NCBI RefSeq assembly: GCF_030028105.1
Contig: NC_092395.1
Span: forward strand, 32,022,424-32,086,423
Length of the DNA: 64,000 nucleotides
Direction of reading: 5' to 3'
Source of the DNA: Mobula birostris
Lineage: Eukaryota
The first letter of the stretch is position 1. Every line of letters starts with the position of its first letter. Position numbers and translations under genes: made by a program. Of the stretch, positions 13,058-25,600 are shown in pieces. The notes beneath the pieces were generated by a model. The model did not search any database and was not told where the DNA came from. It saw nothing but the letters and a program-made list of their open reading frames with translations.

Positions 13058-13305
13058 TTTATTCAAAAATCCACAAGTTCTATAATCAATACCAAACGCT
13101 GTAGATTTCAGCCACCATAAATGGAATTATATGTGTTGTACAAATCTAATTGCAGAATGAGACTTCTATAGATGCAAAGTTTAAATGTGAAGTTCAAAAT
13201 ATACACTCATTAGCTACTACAATGTACTTGACACGAACTCCTATATTTAACTTGCACTAAAAATGCAATGACAAAACTCAAAAATGTCCTCAAATCACAT
13301 TTATT
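13058..13305 (-). terminator. Two AATAAA polyadenylation signals of HNRNPM (13300-13305 and 13058-13063)
   Basis: tttatt on the plus strand at both sites, in a U-rich 3' UTR; U-rich sequence follows the distal site. Confidence 0.6.
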
Positions 13306-13479
13306 GAATCACTAGTACAGAAGCAAATGTGTATTTTTTTTACTAAATAAAAACAAAATGCAATGTGCACATTGTTAAACTGTCCATTCAATTTTGTTTT
13401 AAAGAATAGAACAAAAACAACACTAAAAAGGGACAGTTTTACTGTTTGGTCGTTCTTAAAATTCTACTAAAAATGGATT

Positions 13480-13643
13480 TTAGACATTTCTGTCAAGTCT
13501 AACATCAATTTCTCTGCCATAAAGTCGGATTCCATTCATCATCCTGCAGGCACGCTCTGCAGAATCTGGACTCTCAAAACGAACCACACCACAGCCCTTG
13601 GACTTGCCATTTTCCATCTTAATGTCTGCATAATGTACATATC
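13480..13643 (-). CDS. HNRNPM: HNRNPM exon 18, coding part (164 nt to TAA)
   Basis: GYVHYADIKMENGKSKGCGVVRFESPDSAERACRMMNGIRLYGREIDVRLDRNV*. Confidence 0.94.
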
Positions 13644-16600
13644 CTAGTTTAAAAAAAAACAATGAATAAGTTTAACTACAGGGACAATATTGATTACTTT
13701 GAGGCTTCACAGAAAATTTCTGTATAAATTTAAGAAACCCAGCCACATAATTCAAAATGTGAAGGTGTTTCCAAGCAAATTGATGACTCAAGTGCAGAAA
13801 ATACACACACAATATACTTTTCTATGGCAGCAATCATAAATACAACCAGATCCTGCAAAAAGGAACAGGATGATTAACCTTTTGATTTTTCATTGAGTTA
13901 CTGGAATTTAAAAGTGAGGACACTTGCTTGTTTCGTGACTACTTTATCATTAAACAATGAAAAAAGTTTCTCATTCTAGAGTGGTGCAAACAACTGAATC
14001 AGGTAAACATGTACAACATGACACTTACCATCAAAACATGTGGGATTAAGTGTCACAACCAATTCTGACAAATAAATTATTATCCGGCAACAAACCAGGA
14101 GTTGACAGGAAACAAATGGCTATTTGAACTTCAACCATCTCAAAAGTCTATCATTAAAAAAATTCCAAGCTGAGAGTAGATTTAAAGGTGATTCAGTTAA
14201 CTGATTTTCTAAACAAAAATTGCAGTTTTACTTAAAAATCTGCAAACTTACCAAATTCACTGAATTTGTCTTTCAGCATTTGCCAAGTGATGTCATATGG
14301 GAGCTGAAGAAAATAAAGTAACAATTAATAGATGAGTGGAAAAATAAATGAGTTCAAACATATTTTAAAGGTTGGCCTTCATTTCACCATGAAACTACAA
14401 AACCAATCTTTAGAACAAGGTCCCAAATCAGATATTTGCCAGAATTGTTCACTGTATTATGATCTTGGTTCCATTTTACAAGGAAATACTGATATTCAAG
14501 ACTCTGTTGTGATAATGGGAAGCTTACTGTGATACTGAATGGACAATGATTGACAGAATTCTATAGACCGAAGGGGAGAAAACTCTGAAGTATTGAGGAC
14601 TTTCTTGATCCTACAGAATAAAGGATACAGTTCTGAATTAAGCAGTTTAAATGAAGGCCTAAACTAACTAGTATTTCAGACCAGGAGATCAGAGAGCAAG
14701 ATCAGAGAAGTGGAAGAAAGTGAAGGGTGTTCGAGATCAGGTAGTACTGCAGGCATTGGGAGATCAACTGTAGGATAGGAAACAGTCGAAGTAAACTATG
14801 CTTGTTCCAAAGCCTCTGTGAACAGCCATGTGTCATGAGTACATAGGTTGTCAGCACTTGAAAACTACTGATCACTGAGCCAGATAAATGACTGTTTCGC
14901 ACCCATTCAAATTAGAAAGATTGGCTTAGTGAAATTACAGGTAACCTTAATTCTGAACTGGTTTAGATATATGGGGGAAATTACAAGTATAAGACAAACG
15001 TAAACCAACATACGGAGTATTGATTTAAGGGAGGAAAACGTGCAACTTCAGAGCTTTGATGAAAACCATTCAATAGTTAGAATAGATAGAGCTGAAACCC
15101 ACAGGACACGGTCCAGTCATAGCATTGGAATATCATAGAAGCAAAATTAACAGGGTCAATTAAATACACCATAACGAGGAGTCACTTAAAGAGGGGATAA
15201 GATTACAAACAGAAATGACTTTTTTTTTACAGAAACTACTCATTACTACTAACTCTAGTAAAAGACTGAAATTAATTGATGTCAGACTTATTAGAAATTA
15301 GAAAAGCATTAGAAATTGAGACCTTAACTTTAAAAAACTTCCAACTGAAATGTACGTTTTTCTTCTTTCTTTACTTTCACAAAGCAGTTTACAACTTTCC
15401 CATCTAAATTCTTACCAAAATGTAACTTCCAGCATTCTTAAAAATTGATCAAATACTCACATTTCGAACAAATATTTGACAGATTCTTCTTGAATTAAGA
15501 TTTCCTGTAGCACTGCCCATGGATCCTCCATAGTTCCCACTGAAACGATTACGATCCATATCTGTGGACTTGTCAAAACCTCCACCCATTCCAGTACCCA
15601 TGCGATCCATACCGCCACCCATTCTATCGGTACTTTGGCCCATCCAATCCATTCCAGCTCCCATGCGATCAATATTTGATGTCATCCCAGAAGGCATATT
15701 CGATCCAATCCTGTCCATTCCCAAACCAGCACGATCCATTCCAGGTCCCATGCGATCCATGTTTTCCATGCCAATACCTCCACCCATTTTATTCATTGCA
15801 CCCATTCCAATACCTAAGAAAGGAAAAGTATTTTAACAAAGTGAAATTCAATAAAATTATTCTACTGTAGAGAACCGTGCTCAATTTTAACACACTATTG
15901 CCTTAGTCAGGATGAAGCAAAGTTGTCTAAGTGAATCAGCATGGAAACTTTACTTTCTGGAAGCTGAAGCTCCACCAAGTGGCAGGATATAGTTACAAGA
16001 ATGACAAAAACCAAGGCACTGAAATGGGGGCTGCACCACTGATTCTGCAAGATTATAAATGATACATTTCGTAACTTAAATTATTACATCATTTCACAAG
16101 GGTGTGATGAGATCACTAACTGCTGCAAACCTCTAGCAGACAAATCCAAACAGAAACAATTTAACTAATGTATGGATATTACTGCAGTTTGGAGCCTGGG
16201 CAAATTAACCAAGTTAAGTGTTACAGATAACTCACTGGGTTCCAGTTGACTCAGCCCAAGGAAAATGTGTGCCCTCAGACTGAAAACTATTGGATCTTAA
16301 AGAAACTAATGGTTGATTGTGTTACAAGATTTAAAAGTTGGATACACAGCAGGGCATCACAATGCTTGATCAGTGGGTTCATAGCATTGGTTGAGAGCTC
16401 TAAATAGGGGCTTGGTAAAAAAATTTTTATCAATGAAATCAGTGCAGGCTGCAATGGGGTCAGATTTTAATTCTGCAGAGTTGACCTTGCCAACTATAGA
16501 AATGCATAACCACCTATCTAAAACAGCAACTGCAAAGTTCAAATTAAAAACTCCTATACAACTTCAATCACCAGCCTGATCCACCAGCATCCAGGTTAAT

Positions 16601-19600
16601 TCAATTTGAAGTTTCTTTTGGCAAAACTCAACATGTCCCTTGGCTCAACAGAAGCCAGGAGGAACATCTACACATGTCCAATAATGAAACAGCTTATTTC
16701 TCAAACTGTAGCCTCAAAGCTGCTGTGTACCTCATAATAACTTTCTACACGTACTCCAACATCACTCGATGTCTGCAATACTATCAGGTTAAACAATGAA
16801 CAAACCTTCTTATCAAATTTGGATCTTCAAACATCAACCATGTTTCACAAATGTTCTTACCCATTCCAGATGCCATGCCTGGTGTACCAGCAGCCATTCC
16901 ACCACCAGCGCTCATTCCGCCAGCTAAATAGATTATGTGCAAATTAGAATTAAAGTACACTATTCTCCCAAAGTTTAAGTGCTACTCTAGGAACCCATTT
17001 ACAGTTCCAAATGTGTACATCCAAGTTTGGGGGGAAACCTTAAATTTATTTTGACCTATATTTTGTCCAAATAATTTAGATCCTTATGAATCAGGAAATT
17101 TAAGCCTATCCAAGGTATTGCAATTCCAGGAACATCCAAATTAGAGACACTAATTGTGGGGGTATTCCCAACTGCTATCCAGCATCACCAAGGAAGCTTG
17201 TGGATTGAAGGAAAGGATGCAATACACCCGACATGGTATTTCCCATAGCTAAACAAATTGCAGTGTTTAAATTTATCAAAGAAAACAAATAAAATACATC
17301 TAAATTTGGGAATTTAATCAGAAGTACAAGTTGCTTAGATATTTTAAGGCAAAAAAAAGCACAAGACTGCACAACTTGTATCTTAAAAGTGATTTGTACA
17401 AAATCAGACGAAGATGGTCATCACTGTTTAAGTGACAACCTCATTTTAAGTACTAAACTCATTAAAATCTCAGGGACTAGTTTCCAGAAATCAAACATTA
17501 ATTAAAGAATGGGTTCAAGAGCAGAAATTATTGATGAGAAAGTTGATGAGTGCATTTTTAGAATATTTAGAATAATGTACTATTTCAAGTATGAACCAAA
17601 CATCCTTCCCATCAATTTGCATTTATGCAAATGAAAAGGAATAAAAATGTTTAATGGCAAGAGCCACGAAAACCCAGATCTCAAAGGATGCTACAAATAA
17701 ATTCAGGTACAATATTTTTTGTTAGACTTTCATAATTGAGCACAATGCTGCATGAATATTAAAATGGAATTATATTAAAATATCAGCACTGTTTTGCAAA
17801 TGATGCAACTTCTCAAACTTACCCATCCCTCCAAATGAATCACCATATCCACGAGACATTCCCATTTCATTTCTACCAAAATCTCGGTCAAAACCACTGC
17901 CACCCATTCCTCCTCCACTGCCAGGCCCATACATTCCTCCTTGATACATGTCTATAAGCAGCAAAATAAAAAATGCCATGAACAGGTACACATTTTTGAA
18001 TTATCACCAAACTCAGATGGAAATCAAAAGAACCTCAGATGCTGGAAATCTGAAACAAACAAAATCCTGGAAAGGCACAGGTCAGGAGCATGTAGGGAGA
18101 CAGTTAACATCACAGGTTGAAGACCCTGCTGATTACATTGCCTGACCACTTCAGCATTTCCAGTACTGTGTTTTTATTCCAATTCCGGAGCTTTCTGGTA
18201 ACCATGACATGTCAGGAGATCTGCATACCACATACAAATTTAATTCAATTCAACATTTTATCCAAGTAAAAAATACTGGGGTCATCATTATCCTTCTGAC
18301 ACAGTTATAAATGTTCCCTTTTACACACCCAGTAATCACCAGGTTATATCTTATACATTCTTGTACACTCAAATGTTACTTTACAAAATTATTTTACATG
18401 AACATTCAAGCCTCAATATCCTTTCACACACATAACTCATCTCATGCATGAGTTGTTAAAAATCCTAGTCTGAGTTAATCTAGTTTATTTGCAAGTTTGC
18501 ATCAGATTTTAGGACCTTTGCAAAGCAGCCAAGCACAGTAAAACTAGAACTACTACCCAAACATTCTGAAATGCTGATGGTTTACGATCTAACTCACCAG
18601 GTAACATTTCACACCCTTGCAAGCCTCATTGGTCCCCAAACTACAAAATTACTTGGAGAATTTATAATATGATGTAAAATGTTAAAAGAAATTTGAAGTG
18701 TTGAGGAATTAACACCCAATAATCTGGAAAATCTGCTAGTTCAGCACTGAAGTTCCATGTGTGCCAGATAAAAGTCATAATCTGAGGAGAATTGGCAGAT
18801 CTCAGCAGTACTTTCAATTGTTGCTGAATTAAGTGCAGCTAGGTGCCCAAATCTGATCCAATTCCTGGTTCCAAATAAGTACTCAAAAGATCTGTGCGCG
18901 CTCTGCTGTGGTGCACTCTACCCAGTATTAAAGTTTTGGAAATCATATTTTACAACTAAGTGTAGCAGAAGCTACCAAAACTACATCTCATTTTGAGAGA
19001 AGGAACATACAGTTAACAAAGCTAGAATATTCAATGCAGCTCAGAGGATACTGTTTATTATAGCAATTTAATAACTTTCAGAAACTTGCGCACGAAATGT
19101 GGGCTCACTAAGATCCACATTTAACTTTTGTTCTTAGCTGGAGGCAGTTTTACAAATGAATAAAGTGTCTGTCAGACATCTATATAAAGATGTATCAATG
19201 AAGATAGAGGTCAATCATACAGGCCAACTCTAGCCTCAGGTGTTTGTATGCAAATTCCAGAACTGCTATGAATGTTACATATTTTGTAGCCCATTTCAAC
19301 TTACCTCCCATGCCACCACCCATTCCTCCTCCACCAGCTCCTCTGTAATCATCCATTCCTCCTGATCCTGGGCAGAAAGTTACATGAAGATGGGTATTGG
19401 AGGCTTAGTCAAAATATTCAAATCTATATTATGGGCAAGAGTCCGAACTTGTCCATGATTTCTCGGGCTCAAAATGGAGCTATTCATCATTACAGAGCCT
19501 CATACATATTCACCTGGCCAGGGGTCTAATGGCAATCTCTAGTGATCATCCTATTTGAATATTGGTTAAGGCTACACTCTACAATAAATACTACTTCTGG

Positions 19601-22600
19601 AAGCCCCATTCAAAACCCAAGGATGAGTTAAAATAACTAGTGGTAATTCTGTTTACATCAAACATTTTTCAGTTGTGATCAGTTGTCATACCCTGCATTT
19701 ACCCTCCTATAACCTCAAGCGTAAACTTCAAATCTTCAGAAAGGATTTTGGGGAAAAAAAACTTCCCCAAAATCAGGATGGACAGGGCCCTGCTGCCAAG
19801 TATTTGCTGTGCCACTGAAGCATTAACAGGTATAAGGCAAAACAGCATCTCTTCTCTCTCTTAGAAAGCACATCATCCTTCCTGCCCAGCAGAGCTGAGT
19901 AGAAAGGAACTTTACTTTGCTCAGAATTCAAATTAATACACTAAAATTCTTACCTCCCATTCTCCCCATGTTCATTCCTGGGCCAAATCTCCCCATGTTA
20001 TCCATCCTGTCCATCCCACCTCCGCCACCACCATATGGACCATCCATGCCTGAAAGTTAGTGCCAAATTTTAATCCAAGATTTTGGATTATTACACAGCC
20101 ACAATAATTTAGCAAACAGTAGGCCACCCATGGCATTGTGCACTGTCAGCCTAAAATTGTCGTACTGGCAAAAAAAACATGCTGGAACTTACTCAGTTTT
20201 TCTAATACAAGCCAATTATAATGTAAAATTAGATTTGTGGATAGAAAATATAATTTAATTACTGCAGAGGCAATGGATTATAACCAGATTAGAAATTTGG
20301 AGAACTGCAAAACTCCAAATATCCCCCTTAGCACTTCCAATGCCTTAGCTGTAAAGGGGCAACCCATAAAATTAAACTAACTACAAGCAAAAAACAATTG
20401 CACCCAAGTTACTTCCAACGGATACAAATTCCCACAGCTTGGAATTTATTTGCTTATAAGTTTAATAGATCAGCTCTATCACAAAATACAAATGGGACTC
20501 ATGATTGATCAACAATCCAATAGGAACAAAGAGCAAGATGTAATAACACAACAGAAACACAGCAACAGAGGCCACCAGAGTACTTCAAATACATGGCCAA
20601 GAAAAAGCTAAAGGATGATAGTTATTCCTTAGTCACATGTCAAAATTCAGTGTGTTAAAAGTGAGATTAATTTAAATGGGTTAGTATCTGGTTTAAAATG
20701 GCTTTTGCATCTGTATATAACTGACATGTAAATTGCCTCCAGTGGCAGATGGATTAAATTGGATGCTATTGAGAAAACAATGAAAATCAGTCCTGTCGAT
20801 TGTTTAAAATGGACTTGAGGAACTCTGCTGCAAAATGTCTAAAAAATTTCCATGCTCATTCTACAAATTCTTAACCAACCCTTTCACACTTCCAGATCAC
20901 AAACCAGGTAATCTGCAGTATCAGCCAAAATACCAGTAATGAAGTATAAAAACCCACAAACGCATTCTCCAACACTTACCCCCTCCTGCCATTCGGTTCA
21001 TTCCTCCAAAACCCATTCCATCCATTCCCATGCCTGTCGAGGTAGAAACACTCTAATCACCAATTAATAATATGCATTTTTCAAAACCTATTCCTTTTAA
21101 AGTATACACTAAAGAGAATAACAAGGACTGTGCAAAAAGTTGATTAAATTTGACCCCAGAAACCTGTAAAAAAAACGAACAAAATTTTGACATTTGGTTG
21201 CACTTAGAAAACAACTTTGCATCTTTAAAATAAAACTTAGTTTATTTTCATGGCTATACCTGTAGACAATTTCAAATAGAGTAATTATCAAAACAGCTGG
21301 ACTACAAAATCTGGTATTCAAGTAACCTGCTTGGAAACCACTGAGACGGGTAGTGTACAGCCTTAATATTTCCTTCATTTAGACACCAGAGGCTCATAGG
21401 AATTTCTGTTAAAAAAATGCACTGATCTACAAACCCCATTTCCAGAAAAGTTGGGATATTTTCCAAAATGCAATAAAAACAAAAATCTATGATATGTTAA
21501 TTCACATGAACCTTTATTTAACTGACAAAAGTACAAAGAAAAGATTTTCAATAGTGTTACTGACCAACTTAATTGTATTTTGTAAACATACACAAATTTA
21601 GAATTTGATGGCTGCAACACACTCAACAAAAGTTGGGACAGAGGCATGTTTACCATTGTGTTACATCACCTTTCCTTTTAATAACAATTTTTAATCGTTT
21701 TGCAACTGAGGATACTAATTGTAGTAGATTTGCAATTGGAAATTTTGTCCATTCTTGCTTCAGCTGCTCAACAGTCCGTGGTCTCTGTTGTCTGATTCTC
21801 CTCTTCATGATGCGCCATACATTTTCAACAGGAGATAGATCTGGACTGGCAGCAGGCCAGTCAAGCACACGCACTCTGTCTACAAAGCCACGCTGTTGTC
21901 GCCTGTGCAGAACATGGTCTGGCATTGTCCTGCTGAAATAAGCATGGACGTCTCGGGAAGAGACGTCACCTTGATGGCAACATATGTCTCTCTAAAATCC
22001 TAATATACGCCTCAGAGTCAATGGTACCTTCACATACATGCAACTCACCCATGCCGTGGGCACTGATACACCCCCATAGCATCACAGATGCTGGCTTTTG
22101 CACCTTTCACTGATAACAATCTGGATGGTCGTTTTCATCCTTGGCACGGAGAACTCAACGCCCATTTCTTCCGAAAACTAGCTGAAATGTGGACTCATCT
22201 GACCACAGCATACAGTTCCAGTCTTTCAGTCCATCTGAGATGAGCTCGGGCCCAGAGAACTCGCCGGCGTTTCTGTATAGAGTTGATGTATGGCTTCCTC
22301 CTTGCGTAATGGTTTCAAGTTGCATTTCTGGATGCAGCGACGGACTGTGTTGAGTGACAATGGTTTTCCGAAGTACTCCTGAGCCCAGGTGGCTATAATT
22401 GTCACAGTAGCATGACCGTTTCTTAGGCAGTGCTGCCTGAGGGCTTGAAGGTCATGCGCATTCAACAGTGGTTTCCGACCTTGCCCTTTACACACTAAGA
22501 TGTCTTTGAATCTTTTCACATTATATATTGTAGATGTTGAAAGACCTAAATTCTCTGCAATCTTGCGTTGAGAAATGTTCCTTTTGAATTGATTAACAAT

Positions 22601-25600
22601 TCTCTCACAAATTTTGGCACAAAGGGGTGAGCCACGACCCATCCTTGCTTGCAAAGACTGAGCCTTTGATGGACGCTACTTTTATACCCAGTCATGATAC
22701 CTCACCTGCTACCAATTAGCCTGCTTAATGTGGAGTCTTCCAAACCGGTGTTACTTGAATATTCTGTGCACTTTTCAATCTTATTTTAACACTGTCCCAA
22801 CTTTTGTTGAGTGCGTTGCAGCCATCAAATTCTAAATTTGTGTATATTTACAAAATACAAATAAGTTGGTCAATAAAACTATTGAAAATCTTTTCTTTGT
22901 ACTTTTGTCAGTTAAATAAAGGTTCACGTGAATTAACATATCACAGATTTTTGTTTTTATTGCATTTTGGAAAATATCCTCACTTTTCTGGAAATGGGGT
23001 TTGTAGATGTCTGATGAGCATTCAGAACCCCTGGCATGCTCTTCAAAGTCCTACAGATCTGATCGTGATAGAACTTTGTTAATGTAACCATATCATGTAT
23101 TTAACTACTTTTCCCAGCACGCAGCATAATACATGCTTGTCAACAGTCCTAACTAAATACCAATGAGTACATTAATGGTGAGCAGTCACTTCTTAATGGA
23201 CCTTTTGACAGATACCTTAATAACAACCTACAGCCACTCTTGCTGGCTGACCAAATTATATTTAATCCATTATTTATCAGATATGATAGAGAAAAGTACT
23301 ACACTAGCAGATAGATGACAATGAAAAACCAAGACTAAACTGCCAATGCTGTCCTCTGTAGAAACAAAAAAAAAGCAGGAAATACTCATCAGGTGGAACT
23401 TGGCAGGCATCAGTGGAGAGAAACAGTCAACTTTTAGGTTGAAACCTTTCATTTGAACAAATGGATCTGTGAAAATGTTTACTGCACATGGGTCAATGCT
23501 GGAGACTTAGGTTAGCTACTATCCTCAATTATATAAAGAAATAATATAAAAATAGAGGAACTCTAGCCCAGCAACACACATCAAAGTTGCTGGTGAACGC
23601 AGCAGGCCAAGCAGCATCTCTAGGAAGAGGTACAGTCCACGTTTCAGGCCGAGACCCTTCGGGAAGGGTCTCGGCCTGAAACGTGGACTGTACCTCTTCC
23701 TAGAGATGCTGCCTGGCCTGCTGCGTCCACCAGCAACTTTGATGTGTGTTGCTTGAATTTCCAGCATGGGCAGAATTCCTGTTGATTGGAACTCTAGCCC
23801 ATCACATTTTCCACCCACCTGGCTTCACCTATCATTTTCTAGTTAATACTCCTTCCAACTTTTTATTCCGGCACCTTCCCTCTTTCTTTCCAGTCCTGAA
23901 GAAGGGCCTCAGTCAGAAGTGTTGACTGTTTGATTTCCATGGATGGTACCTGAGCTGCCGAGTTCCTCCAACATATTATGCACAAAGAAGCTGTCATATT
24001 TGCAAATGGTGCAAAGGAAGTGCAGATTCAGAAGTGTTTGAAGGACTTAGCTGGAGAGTTTGGATCTGAAACACTTCGGCACAAAGGGAATCTTGGGTGT
24101 AAGCAAAGACTAGCCATGGTGATGTTGTACACAAGAGACACCCAGCCTACCATTATAGTTAAATATATAGTCATGCCCAAAAAACTACTAATTTGTCATA
24201 TCCAATTCTTTGCTTTAACTTCACAAGTGGATTTGCAACTACAGGTCAACCACTTTGAATCCAGTTCACCACAGGTACAAACACAATTTTCGCCAGCCTA
24301 ATTTCAAATTTTCCATGTCACCGCTCCAACCATTGCTATTAGCAGAATGGGCAGCTCGCACAGTCTTTAAGTCGTTCCTTTGATATTCTGTAATTATTTT
24401 TAAAATCTGTGCTATCTAGCCCCAGTCATGTCTTCATTGAAGAAAGTAAATGCTTCCTGTGGGGAGATGAAATATGACAAGTCCCGATAACCCCACTTTC
24501 AGACATGTCCCTCTGCTTAGTTGTATAATCCAGCTCTTTACTTTGGAAGTGGCAGTAACCAATCTTCTGATGTAAGTAAATACAGATACCTCACAGGGTA
24601 TTTTGCCTGTACTGTAATTCAATAAATTTCACTTGCTTTTTTGTCATTTCTTTTGTCCTTCATTATCCAGGGGTGAGGTGATATCAAGTGGGTTAGAGAT
24701 GTTTATTTATTTAATCCTAAACCAACCACCAATGATTCTGGAAAAAAAATATCACTGATCCTGCACTGTACAGGTCCTGATTATTCTGGGTTTGTGGTGG
24801 TCAGCCTGCACTAAACTTGCGGGGGGGGGGGGGTGGGGGGTGGGAAGAGAGGAGGGAGAAGAGAAAGAGCATATCTACCAAAAGGTTCAAAATATCAATG
24901 CCAGCATGTTTTAGGAAGAAAGCAGCCATATTCAATTATCTCTACAAGCTTTGAAAATTACTGTTCTTACCTCCCATTCCAGGGCCCATATCCCTAGGTC
25001 GAGCATTTCCCATTCCTGTGTTCAGATCTCTAGCATCAAGAGGCTGGCCACCAGGTCCCAGGCCCATACCCACCCCACCAAGTCCCTCTATTGGGGGAGG
25101 GGGGAAAAGAGAGAAGAAAAGATTAAGTTTACAAACATATTTTCCAGAAACTGAAAAAATACTCAGGAAATGATACCTATGGGAAGTTTACCACCAGATT
25201 CAAGCATTACCAATGTAAAACTATAACTTGGGTGATAGCATAACCATGAAACATTCCACAATATTAATGAGCATGCAAATTCTATTGTTTACAATGGCTC
25301 ACAAGGATTACTTAAAACCTCAACTTAATCTTTGCAACACTATGCCTGAAAAAGCAGAGTAAATATGCAATTGTCTGAAAATTTAATAAATGCATCCATC
25401 TTCATTTGGCGTAACATCTTTTACAGATTCCTTGTTATAATCTAAACTCCTAATACATCTAGTTTGCTAAACTGGTTTTCATTAATTTACTAATTGCATT
25501 ACTTGAGAACACTGGCACTTAAGAACTTTAAATTTTCAATGCATTTTGCAATTGTACAAGAGCTTTTGTAATTACAATTAATATCATTCTCTAAATCATT

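Noticed and set aside
24820-24845. G-rich run with quadruplex potential
   Set aside because: Simple homopolymer on the HNRNPM antisense strand; length unreliable and no evidence of function.
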